NCBI GenBank assembly: GCA_964438025.1
Contig: CAYTIK010000001.1
Location: 47,557 to 101,584, forward strand
DNA length: 54,028 nucleotides
Source of the DNA: an uncultured Bdellovibrionales bacterium
GTDB lineage: Bacteria > Patescibacteriota > Minisyncoccia > Moranbacterales > UBA2206
Reading direction: 5' to 3'
The position numbers were made by a program, and so were the translations under genes. Shown one piece after another: positions 37,624 through 46,237 of this stretch. The first letter of the stretch is position 1; every line of letters begins with the position of its first letter. Below the pieces are notes generated by a model. The model was not told where the DNA came from and did no database searches. It worked only from the letters and a program-made list of their open reading frames with translations.

Positions 37624-37914
37624 CCCCGCGCTAACTTTCGTTCAAAGATTTTTTGATTCTTTTTCGCAGTTGCGCCCAGGCTTGTCCGAATTGTTTAATT
37701 TGTTTTTCCCTCTCTTCAGCATCCTCTTTTGAAAGATAAGCTTCGCAATAAATAAGTTTCCATTTATGATTTTTCGTAGAAAAAGAATTGCCATTGTTAT
37801 GCTCAAAAAATCTTTTTTTTAGATTATTAGTATAGCCATAATACAATTTCTGGATTTCATTTTTAATCACGTAAAAATAATACATATAGAATAATAACGA
37901 AAGTTAGTGCGGGA
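37624..37914 (-). mobile_element. TIR-bounded GIY-YIG mini-element, intact copy
   Basis: Arms CCCCGCGCTAACTTTCGTT (37624-37642) and AACGAAAGTTAGTGCGGGA (37896-37914) are 17/19 complementary. 291 bp in total. Confidence 0.75.
37631..37885 (-). CDS. GIY-YIG nuclease family protein (YhbQ/UPF0213-like, 84 aa)
   Basis: YFYVIKN...LYYGYTNNLKKRFFEHN...CEAYLSKEDAEEREKQIK (GIY / YIG / R / E pattern). Confidence 0.85.
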   Translation of the reverse strand: MYYFYVIKNEIQKLYYGYTNNLKKRFFEHNNGNSFSTKNHKWKLIYCEAYLSKEDAEEREKQIKQFGQAWAQLRKRIKKSLNES

Positions 37915-39052
37915 CTCTTAATTTTTTCATCAAATCCAGATAAAATTTCAGATTATGGAGAGAAGCCAAGCGCATCGCCAACGGTTCTTTGGCCGCAAAT
38001 AGATGGTGCAAATAAGCCCGGCTGTAATTCCGGCACAATTCACAGGTGCAATTTCTATCTACCGGCTTAAAGTCTTTCTTAAATTTTTTATTATTGATAT
38101 TTAGCGTTTCGTAAAAATTTCCAGAAAGTGCTTTCTTTTTCCAAAGAAAAAGCCGTCCATGACGTCCCTCGCGCGTGGGAATCACACAATCAAACATATC
38201 CCAGCCGTAGGAAACCGCACGGACAATGTCTTCCGGCGTGCCAATGCCCAGCGCAAACTTAAGTTTGTCATCCGGAATAAAGCTGGCAGTTTTTTGCAAA
38301 ACTTCGGCCAAAAAATTACCTTCGCCATCCACATGGCGAGCGCCAAAGCCGTAGCCATCCCAGCCTACGGCTGGTCCGTCCGCTCCCTGGCGGACGGAAG
38401 AACCAATTTTAATCAGTTCTTCCACACATTTTTTCCTTAAGTCTAAATATTCGCCTCCTTGAATAACACAAAAAATTAACGGCCTATCCGCTTTTTTTAT
38501 TTTTCTAACTTTCAACTGCTTTTTATACTCAATCATACAACGCTCCGCCCAAATAATCGTCCGCTCCACCGCTTGCCTGATTTTTTCTTTGCTAAAGTCG
38601 TTAGGCGGTGGATCATCCAGGCACACCAGCATATCCACTCCCAAATCAAATTGAATTTGAATTGATTTTTCCGGAGTTAACTCATGATGGGAACCATCCA
38701 GCGGCGAACGGAAAACAACTTTCTGGTCCGTAATTTTTCCCACCTGCGGATTTTTGTGAATCAAAGAGAAAACCTGGTAGCCGCCGCTATCGGAAAGCAA
38801 CGGTTTCTGCCATTGCATAAATCGATGTACGCCTCCCGCTTTTTTGATAATTTCTATTCCCGGTTGGAGATATAAATGATACGTGTTAACCACCATCGGA
38901 CCAATATTAATATCTTCCAAGTCTTTTTGGCTCAAGGATTTGACAAATCCTCGCGTCGCATCCGGCATAAAAAACGGAGTTTTAATTACTCCGCTTTTAG
39001 TTTCCAATCGGCCTTGGCGATTTTTTTTTCCTGCTAGTTTAAACATGCGCAA
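37904..39052 (-). CDS. tgt: Queuine tRNA-ribosyltransferase
   Basis: TPFFMPDATRG, SDSGGYQVFSL, zinc site CTCELC...H. Confidence 0.93.
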   Translation of the reverse strand: MRMFKLAGKKNRQGRLETKSGVIKTPFFMPDATRGFVKSLSQKDLEDINIGPMVVNTYHLYLQPGIEIIKKAGGVHRFMQWQKPLLSDSGGYQVFSLIHKNPQVGKITDQKVVFRSPLDGSHHELTPEKSIQIQFDLGVDMLVCLDDPPPNDFSKEKIRQAVERTIIWAERCMIEYKKQLKVRKIKKADRPLIFCVIQGGEYLDLRKKCVEELIKIGSSVRQGADGPAVGWDGYGFGARHVDGEGNFLAEVLQKTASFIPDDKLKFALGIGTPEDIVRAVSYGWDMFDCVIPTREGRHGRLFLWKKKALSGNFYETLNINNKKFKKDFKPVDRNCTCELCRNYSRAYLHHLFAAKEPLAMRLASLHNLKFYLDLMKKLRVPH

Positions 39053-39054
39053 AA

Positions 39055-40974
39055 TTAATCGGCTGATTTAACTTTATACCTATCTTCCAATTTAATATCC
39101 TCCCTCAAGGTAGTATTTTTTTCATTTCCGAAAAATCTGATTTCTTCTCCGGTAAAAAGATCTTGGGCGCTAAAAACAGTCTCGCCTACCAAGTTAACCG
39201 GCGAACTAATCTGATCGGGAGAAGGCTTTATTTTTACTTGAAAGACCACTTCCCGGGGAGAATTAAGAATTCCCGTACCTGATTCCAGCTGGCCAATTTC
39301 CCAAACTAAATTATTAGTTCTTTCATTGAAAGTGTAATGCAGAACCGCATCGGATGGATTCTTTATTTCTGTTACAGTCGCACCAGTAGGAATAACGGCT
39401 TCCACTTTAGCATCACTTAACTCATTAAAAGCATTGGAAATTTTCCAGTGGATAGCATAAGTAGTTTCTTTTCCGACTTGGGGAGGAACCGGTCCGGAAT
39501 TTTCAATCACGGAATCGAAATAATAGCCCTTCGTTTCCAGCGAGACTTTGGAATTAAGTTTCATATCCATCCGATTGCCGGAAATAATTTTATTCGCTTC
39601 GATAGGCGTTGGCACATCCTGACTGTCAATTTTAGCCAAACTGGAAATAATAAAGTTTTTATCAGAACCTTTTTCTACCGGCAAAGAATTTCTTACCCTA
39701 ATACTGAATTTTACCGATCCTTCCTGTCCCGGATTGAATTTTTCTAACTCGGAAAAATCTGAAGCTTTCCAGGTGATTATTCTAGAATTTGAATCAAAAG
39801 CTCCGCCTTTTTCTAATTTCAAAGAGGAATAATCCAAGGCCTCTCCTTCCAATTTTTCCGTCACAATGACATCGCGCAATCCAATATCTCCATCGTTTCT
39901 GAATTTAACTTCAAATCGGAGCAATTCGCCCAAATTAACATTCAAACTATCTTTGCCATTAACTGCCTGGCGGATAATCAAGGGCGAACCAATTATTTGC
40001 GTCGCCGCATTTTCTTCGTCATAAATGACAAAATCCTTTCCGTCCATCACCCCGACATAGGCTTTAACTGTTCGAGTATAATTCCTCTCTCCGGAAAGTT
40101 TTCCGCTGATTATAATTTTCCCGCCTTGTCCGGGATTGAGCGTCCCGATGTGCCAGAAATTATTGCCTTCAGAATTAAGCGGTTCAGCTTTGGAAAAAAC
40201 AAAACCCTCCGGATAATTTATCTTAATTTTCATGTCAGCGATTTCTTTTTCTCCGTCGTTCTGGTAATTGATTTGATAATCAATGGCGTCGTCACTGGCT
40301 AAATTCTGCGGAGCGCTGATTTCCAATTTAATCGGAGAAGATTGGACGGCCACGCTTAATTGCCCTTGGGAAACAAACTGGCCGCTAAGGCTTGCAGGCG
40401 TATAATTAATTTCTGCTTTAAGATAAATCAAAGCTCCCTTAGGGCTAAAAATTTTTCCCTTAAATTCCACGCTGCCTTCTTTTCGGCCGGGAATATCGCC
40501 CAAGTTCAGCAAAAAACTATTAGATCCTTCCGGACGAAAATCCGGATTATTTTCCGGAATGAAATTTTTAGGAAAATTAATCTTTAAAACTGCATCTTTT
40601 AAAGTGCTCCGGTTGTTATTTTTGTATTTTACCTGATAAATTAAACTTTTACCGCTCAATACTTCCTGAGATCCGCTAAGAGAAACTTCTACCCGCTCTT
40701 GGCTGAAAGACATCTGGCGGAATTTAAAAAATCCCAGCAGCAGTAGAATAAATAAAACTACGCCGCCGGCAAGCATAAAGCCGGTTTTCCAAACTTTTTT
40801 CCGCGCCAAACGTGCTTGTTCCGCCTCAATAATCCAAGCATCATCCTTGACAAAGCTTTTTTTGGCAATGTCCATCGGCGCAAAACGCGGATCAAATCCG
40901 GTCTGCCCTAGCTGGGAAAGCTTCTCATCATTTTCCCGCTTATAAAGCTTATTTTTTATATCGTAAAGTGACAT
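39055..40974 (-). CDS. Membrane-anchored protein with about four repeated DUF11/CARDB-like beta-sandwich domains
   Basis: One TM helix near residue 70, then repeated ...Y.I.Y.N.G......v.i...p.g modules. Confidence 0.55.
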   Translation of the reverse strand: MSLYDIKNKLYKRENDEKLSQLGQTGFDPRFAPMDIAKKSFVKDDAWIIEAEQARLARKKVWKTGFMLAGGVVLFILLLLGFFKFRQMSFSQERVEVSLSGSQEVLSGKSLIYQVKYKNNNRSTLKDAVLKINFPKNFIPENNPDFRPEGSNSFLLNLGDIPGRKEGSVEFKGKIFSPKGALIYLKAEINYTPASLSGQFVSQGQLSVAVQSSPIKLEISAPQNLASDDAIDYQINYQNDGEKEIADMKIKINYPEGFVFSKAEPLNSEGNNFWHIGTLNPGQGGKIIISGKLSGERNYTRTVKAYVGVMDGKDFVIYDEENAATQIIGSPLIIRQAVNGKDSLNVNLGELLRFEVKFRNDGDIGLRDVIVTEKLEGEALDYSSLKLEKGGAFDSNSRIITWKASDFSELEKFNPGQEGSVKFSIRVRNSLPVEKGSDKNFIISSLAKIDSQDVPTPIEANKIISGNRMDMKLNSKVSLETKGYYFDSVIENSGPVPPQVGKETTYAIHWKISNAFNELSDAKVEAVIPTGATVTEIKNPSDAVLHYTFNERTNNLVWEIGQLESGTGILNSPREVVFQVKIKPSPDQISSPVNLVGETVFSAQDLFTGEEIRFFGNEKNTTLREDIKLEDRYKVKSAD

Positions 40975-41030
40975 AACATTAATAGCTTAGATGCCTTTAT
41001 TATAAAATTTTATCACCTTCATGGCAAATC

Positions 41031-41750
41031 CTAAATTCCTTCCATCCAAATCAAATATCTCTTCGCGATTTTTTCCAAATCCTGGATTTCTTCCGGCGTG
41101 ATTGCCAGTTTCTTCAGATTTTTGAGAAGATTTTTGGCAAAAATCCGGATAATTTTAATAGAACTGTCTTTGACTGGAAAATCATCTTCTAAGTCTTTGG
41201 GACAATTAGCACATAAAAATCCCCCTCGACTAGGACTGAAAAAATTCTTTCCCGCTTTTAATGTTTTTCCGCAAGACAAGCATTTTCCAACCTCTAATCC
41301 ATATCCTAACTGATGTGTAAATTTAAATAAAAACCCCAATCGAAGCAGCGTTATTTTTTCCATTTTTTCTCCGGTTATTTTTTCTAAAGTTTCCAAATAA
41401 CTTAAAAGCAGTTGGAAGACTTTTTCATCTGGTTGTTGCTCGGGAATTAGTTTATCCGCCAATTTAAAAACAACAAAAACATCTTTGGCCAATTCCCAAT
41501 TTGAGCGGATGGCGGGAAAACTGTTTTCAATTATCGAGCCGGAAATTTGCCCCAAGCCTTTTCCCCGAGAAACAAAAATTTCCGCAAAAGTTAAAGGTTC
41601 TAAAAAGCCGGCCAGTTTGGCGTTGATTTTCCGCACGCCTTTGCCTAAAACTCTAATTTTCCCCGCCTCCATTGTCAAAATCGTATAGACTCTGTCTGCC
41701 TCACCTACCTCCCGGCTATTCAATACGATTCCGCTATAACGATAATCCAT
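41031..41750 (-). CDS. recO: DNA repair protein RecO
   Basis: N-terminal OB fold GIVLNSREVGEADRVYTILT and zinc motif CLSCGK...CANC. Confidence 0.88.
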   Translation of the reverse strand: MDYRYSGIVLNSREVGEADRVYTILTMEAGKIRVLGKGVRKINAKLAGFLEPLTFAEIFVSRGKGLGQISGSIIENSFPAIRSNWELAKDVFVVFKLADKLIPEQQPDEKVFQLLLSYLETLEKITGEKMEKITLLRLGFLFKFTHQLGYGLEVGKCLSCGKTLKAGKNFFSPSRGGFLCANCPKDLEDDFPVKDSSIKIIRIFAKNLLKNLKKLAITPEEIQDLEKIAKRYLIWMEGI

Positions 41751-41755
41751 GAAAG

Positions 41756-42217
41756 TTAAAGCTCTTCTTTATCTGAAAAGCTTGACCATCTTTGGCGGGA
41801 ATAAAGATAAAAGAAGTATATAATTACGCCAGACTCGATGACGCAATAATAAAACCAAGGCTGCATCTCGCAAACATCCAGTTTTTTCCAAGTCCACAAA
41901 GCTAAAAGCGTTATTAATAATTCCCAAAACCACTGGATCTTCTTTTTATTTTTTAAGCCAAAAGATAAATTAAAGACTAGTAAAAACAAATACGCGCCAA
42001 AAAGAGAAATCCAGAATTTTTCCGGCCACTCCTCACAATCAATTTCTCGAGTGACATTTTCTTCCCGCACCGCGAAAGCCGCTTTTTCGTCAATCCGGCC
42101 AGAGAAAATCTTGCCCGCTGAATTTTGCGCTAAGACTGTAGTGAAAAATCCCAATATCAGGCCCACAATCGCCAAAAAAATGACTCCTCTTTTGATTGTA
42201 TTTATACTTAAATCCAT
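41756..42217 (-). CDS. Membrane protein, unknown function
   Basis: Four hydrophobic segments. Confidence 0.5.
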   Translation of the reverse strand: MDLSINTIKRGVIFLAIVGLILGFFTTVLAQNSAGKIFSGRIDEKAAFAVREENVTREIDCEEWPEKFWISLFGAYLFLLVFNLSFGLKNKKKIQWFWELLITLLALWTWKKLDVCEMQPWFYYCVIESGVIIYFFYLYSRQRWSSFSDKEEL

Positions 42218-42321
42218 AATTTTAATCTATGTGTTAATTATATGGGCAATGTTAAATAATGTAAAAGAGGCTCCAGCGCACGCGCTAAAGCCTCCCTAGA
42301 TTCCTACCTGATTTAAGGGCT

Positions 42322-42438
42322 CTACTTTCCATCGTCGGATTCTTTATTTTTTTTGATCCTTACCAATGCCATAATGGCAAGAATCAATATAAAAATAATA
42401 AATCCATACTTCATTGCAAATGCTACCATCATTTCCAT
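42322..42438 (-). CDS. Small membrane protein (38 aa), below the ORF-track cut-off
   Basis: AGGAGG lies 6 nt upstream of the ATG. Product MEMMVAFAMKYGFIIFILILAIMALVRIKKNKESDDGK. Confidence 0.45.
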   Translation of the reverse strand: MEMMVAFAMKYGFIIFILILAIMALVRIKKNKESDDGK

Positions 42439-42464
42439 GATCCGCCTCCTTGAGTTTTTGATAG

Positions 42465-45400
42465 TTAGTCTTTTTTTATCTGCAATTTTATTTTTTCTCC
42501 GTCGATGACGGATTCCTTTTCCAGATCTGCGTTTTCAATATTTTCTGATTTTAGCTCGTTGGCCAAAATCTCCTTAGCAATAATATCGCCGAATTTTTCA
42601 AAGACCTGCGACATTCCAGAATAGCTGACAATTATGCGATTGTCAACTTCATAACCCGCTTCCTTGCGCATTTCCTGGATGAAGCGGATAATTTCGCGGG
42701 CTTGGCCTTCGAGTTTTAGTTCTGGAGTAATTTTGGTATCCAGTTCGATTTCTTTAAATTTTTTATCTTGAATAACTTTTTTAACATTCACTTCTTCTTG
42801 GATGATTTTCAAAAATTCCTTGCTTAATTCCTGACTCATAATTCTTAATTCCGCTAAGGGTTGGCGCACTTTTATACCATTTTTGGCTCTAAGCTGCAGC
42901 GCTACCGTAATAATATTCCTGGTTTCCGCCATTTTGTTATTTAATTTTTCATCAATCAGTTTTTCATCCGCTTTGGGAAAATCGGTCAGATGCACGGACC
43001 CGCCTGCATCGCTATGCGAAGCATTGCGGGCAGGTTCTTCACCGGTTAGATTTTTATAGATTTCTTCCGCAATAAATGGCGTAAACGGTGCCATCAGCTT
43101 GGCCAGTTCTGTTAATACCGTCCAAAGTGTCTGATAAGCATTTTCTTTATCGGCGTCGTCTTCCGATTTCCAAAATCGCTTACGGCTGCGGCGGATATAC
43201 CAATTAGAAAGATTATCAACAAATAACTCGAATGGTTTGGTTGATTTTACCAAATCATAACCTTGCATGCTTTCATCCACTTTTTTTATCAATTTATGCA
43301 GTTCGGAAATAATCCATTTATCTAATAAGTTTTTAGTTGGTGCTTGGTGGTTAATAGTCTTTAACGGTTCCCACTTATCCACACCGGCATACAGAACAAA
43401 GAAGGAATAACTATTCCACAAAGTCGCCAAGACTTTTCTTTGAATATCCTGAATCGGTTTTTCGGAAAAATTAATATTCTGCGCATCCAGCAGCGGCGAG
43501 GATAAAAAATAAAAACGTAAGGCATCGGCGCTATATTTTTCCAAGACAACATCTGGCAAGGTGTAATTTCCCAGTGATTTAGACATTTTTTTGCCATCTG
43601 ATCCGGCAATAGTCCCTGTCGTCACAACATTTTTGAAACTTTCTTTGCCGAATATCCCTACGGAAACAACATGCAGCACGTAGAACCAAGCTCTGGTTTG
43701 CGCGATATATTCGGAAATAAAATCAGTTGGAAAACTTTTTTCAAATTTTTCCTTATTCTCAAAAGGATAATGAAATTGGGCGAAAGGCATTGAGCCGGAC
43801 TCAATCCAGGAATCAAAAACTTGCGGAATTCTTTTCATAACTCCTCCGCATTTACAAGCAAATGAAATATTATCTACCCCCGGCCGATGATAATCTTCCA
43901 GTTCTACTCCGGAAACTTCCTTCAGCTCCGCGTATGATCCAAAAACTTTAATCTCTTGGCAATTTTCCCTATCGCATTTCCAAACCGGAATGGCTGTCCC
44001 AAAATAGCGATCACGAGAAATATTCCAATCCGGCGCGCTTTCAATTCCGTTCTGAAAACGACCGTGTTTGAGAAAATCCGGAAACCAACTAATATTTTCA
44101 TTCTGAGCGATTAAATCTGGCCGCATTTTAGCAATGTTTACATACCAAGCCGGTTGTGCCTTATAAATCAATTTTGTATGACACCGGTGGCAATGCGGGT
44201 AACTATGCGTTATTTGTTCTCGTTTAAAAAGTATCTTGTATTCTTTTAGCCAAGCTACAATTTTATCATTGGCATCCCAAACTTTTTGTCCCTGCCATTT
44301 GCCTTCCGTAAGTTTTCCCTCATCATCTACATTCATAATAATTGGCAAATCGTCAGTTTTTCTGGCATTAAAGTCATCTTCTCCGAAAGCTGGCGCAATA
44401 TGCACAATCCCCGTTCCGTCTTCAGTTGTTACGAAATTAGCTACGATAACTTTGTAAGCATTTTCTTCAAGCTTATCATGTAATTCAATATTTTTGACAA
44501 CATCTTTAGATCTTTTTTTAAAATTATTATCTTCTTTAATAGCAAATACTGATTCCTTATTTTCCTTTAAATCTATATTTTTAAGTGACGGAATAAACAT
44601 CCCTGCCTTAATATTATTTTGATAATAATCAAATATTGGCTCATATTTTTTACCCATTAAATCTTTACCTTTAAATTCTGCTTCAACTTTATATTCTTTA
44701 CCGGCAAAAACTTCTTCAACCCTATCTTTGGCTAAAATATAATAATCTTCTCCGCAAATAATTTTAACGTAATTAATTTCTCCGCCTACCGCCAAAGCCA
44801 CGTTAGCTAAAAGCGTCCAAGGCGTCGTCGTCCAAACGAGAAAATAAGCATTCTCTTCGCCTCTAATTTTCATTTTCACATATACCGACGGATCGCTGTC
44901 CATTTCATAACTATTATCCATCGCAATTTCAAAATTTGATAATGGCGTTGAACAGCGTGGGCAATAAAGTGAAACGCGCACATCTTCATAAATCAAACCT
45001 TTTTTAAACAATTCCGAAAATGCCCACCAAACCGATTCCATATAACCTTTATCCATGGTCTTGTAGGCATTTTTAAATTCCACCCAGCGGCCGATGCGAT
45101 CAATAATATCTTCCCATTCGCTGGCAATTTGGGAAGTCTCAGAGAGGCAAGCTTCATTGAACTTGGCAATTCCGATTTTTTCCTCAATTTCTTTTTTGCT
45201 CTTGATCCCCAATTTTTTTTCCACCATATTTTCCGCCGGCAGACCATGGCAATCCCATCCCCAGCGCCGTTCTATTCGGTAACCTTTCATAGCCCAATAT
45301 CTCGGCACAGTATCTTTAACAATGGAAGAAAGCAAGGTTCCATAATGCGGCACCCCTGTAATAAAGGGTGGGCCATCATAAAAGCTGTAATATTTATCTT

Positions 45401-45509
45401 TGCTTCTTTGCTCAATCGACTTTTCAAAAGTTTTGTCTTCTTTCCAAAATTCGATTACCTCTTTTTCCATTTCGGAATATTTTTTTCGCGCGTCGACTTT
45501 TTTAAACAT
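42465..45509 (-). CDS. ileS: Isoleucine--tRNA ligase (type 2 / eukaryote-like)
   Basis: PHYGTL (HIGH variant), KMSKSLGN, CP1 editing domain; 1014 aa. Confidence 0.95.
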   Translation of the reverse strand: MFKKVDARKKYSEMEKEVIEFWKEDKTFEKSIEQRSKDKYYSFYDGPPFITGVPHYGTLLSSIVKDTVPRYWAMKGYRIERRWGWDCHGLPAENMVEKKLGIKSKKEIEEKIGIAKFNEACLSETSQIASEWEDIIDRIGRWVEFKNAYKTMDKGYMESVWWAFSELFKKGLIYEDVRVSLYCPRCSTPLSNFEIAMDNSYEMDSDPSVYVKMKIRGEENAYFLVWTTTPWTLLANVALAVGGEINYVKIICGEDYYILAKDRVEEVFAGKEYKVEAEFKGKDLMGKKYEPIFDYYQNNIKAGMFIPSLKNIDLKENKESVFAIKEDNNFKKRSKDVVKNIELHDKLEENAYKVIVANFVTTEDGTGIVHIAPAFGEDDFNARKTDDLPIIMNVDDEGKLTEGKWQGQKVWDANDKIVAWLKEYKILFKREQITHSYPHCHRCHTKLIYKAQPAWYVNIAKMRPDLIAQNENISWFPDFLKHGRFQNGIESAPDWNISRDRYFGTAIPVWKCDRENCQEIKVFGSYAELKEVSGVELEDYHRPGVDNISFACKCGGVMKRIPQVFDSWIESGSMPFAQFHYPFENKEKFEKSFPTDFISEYIAQTRAWFYVLHVVSVGIFGKESFKNVVTTGTIAGSDGKKMSKSLGNYTLPDVVLEKYSADALRFYFLSSPLLDAQNINFSEKPIQDIQRKVLATLWNSYSFFVLYAGVDKWEPLKTINHQAPTKNLLDKWIISELHKLIKKVDESMQGYDLVKSTKPFELFVDNLSNWYIRRSRKRFWKSEDDADKENAYQTLWTVLTELAKLMAPFTPFIAEEIYKNLTGEEPARNASHSDAGGSVHLTDFPKADEKLIDEKLNNKMAETRNIITVALQLRAKNGIKVRQPLAELRIMSQELSKEFLKIIQEEVNVKKVIQDKKFKEIELDTKITPELKLEGQAREIIRFIQEMRKEAGYEVDNRIIVSYSGMSQVFEKFGDIIAKEILANELKSENIENADLEKESVIDGEKIKLQIKKD
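42999..43034. repeat. 36-nt GC-rich hairpin element, in frame in ileS
   Basis: Plus strand CCCGCCTGCATCGCTATGCGAAGCATTGCGGGCAGG. On the coding strand it encodes PARNASHSDAGG just before SVHLTDFP. Confidence 0.85.
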
Positions 45510-45939
45510 AAATTTTAATTGAAATTAATAATAAAATTATGGTAAAAACTATTTCTGTCTTGGAAAAAATTGGCAACCAGCCTTTAATTTTTATTTTTAA
45601 GGGATAAAAATATTGCTTTTCATCTTTATCCGGAAAATCCAAAGCTAAATGCAACATATAGCCTGAAAAAAAATAAATACCCCCGGAAAAACTTATAACA
45701 AAAACGATTAGGGACAACAGTAATCCTCCTAAAATAGAATGCCCGTATTTTGTTTTATACCTGATACCGTATTTTTCTTCGTTCACTACGCTATCTACTA
45801 ATTTATTTATAGAAAATAATTTATTTTTAAAAATAATGAAAATATGATCAATGTCAGGAATTACCGAACCCAGAAACCAGAACCAGGAAAAATGATTTTC
45901 AGCAGGAAGTGTTCCGATTATAATGTGCGCCAATATCAT
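45502..45939 (-). CDS. DUF457/YdjM-like membrane-bound hydrolase, co-transcribed with ileS
   Basis: Overlaps the ileS start by 8 nt. Hydrophobic; IPDIDH and LHLALDFPD motifs. Confidence 0.5.
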   Translation of the reverse strand: MILAHIIIGTLPAENHFSWFWFLGSVIPDIDHIFIIFKNKLFSINKLVDSVVNEEKYGIRYKTKYGHSILGGLLLSLIVFVISFSGGIYFFSGYMLHLALDFPDKDEKQYFYPLKIKIKGWLPIFSKTEIVFTIILLLISIKIYV

Positions 45940-45940
45940 A

Positions 45941-46155
45941 AAATAAAAAACATCCTTAAAGTCATATAAGGACGCTTCCGCGTGGTACCACCTTAATTTT
46001 CCCGTCAGTCGTGACTGACAGGACTCAATTTTGGCTATTACGGGCCCTGCCCGCAGTTGCTACGCATAAGCGTTGCAGGCGGGCTAACCGGCGAGATCTA
46101 CTCATCAATAAAGATTTTCTTCTCGCAGCTCCGAGGTGATAGCCTCATCATCGCT
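45941..46155 (-). promoter_or_regulatory. T-box riboswitch leader (Ile) with terminator/antiterminator
   Basis: Minus strand reads AAAAUUAAGGUGGUACCACGCGG (45978-46000). Antiterminator: UAAGG / 7-nt bulge UGGUACC / ACGC-GGAA-GCGU / CCUUA. Competing terminator CGUCCUUA...UAAGGAUG plus a U-run (45941-45974). The 5' end carries a GAUGAUGA K-turn-like motif. Confidence 0.8.
46046..46083. repeat. 38-nt member of the GC-rich hairpin family, embedded in the T-box leader
   Basis: Plus strand CCTGCCCGCAGTTGCTACGCATAAGCGTTGCAGGCGGG. Both 10-nt ends are identical to the ileS copy. Confidence 0.8.
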
Positions 46156-46185
46156 TTTATATGATTTAACTATAAATTAAACCCG

Positions 46186-46230
46186 ATAAAAAAACAAGGG
46201 CACCGATACAGCAACGCTGTTGATGCCCTT
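46186..46230 (-). terminator. Rho-independent terminator after the parB-like gene
   Basis: AAGGGCA...TGCCCTT stem, then GTTTTTTT on the minus strand. Confidence 0.7.
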
Positions 46231-46237
46231 AACTTCT

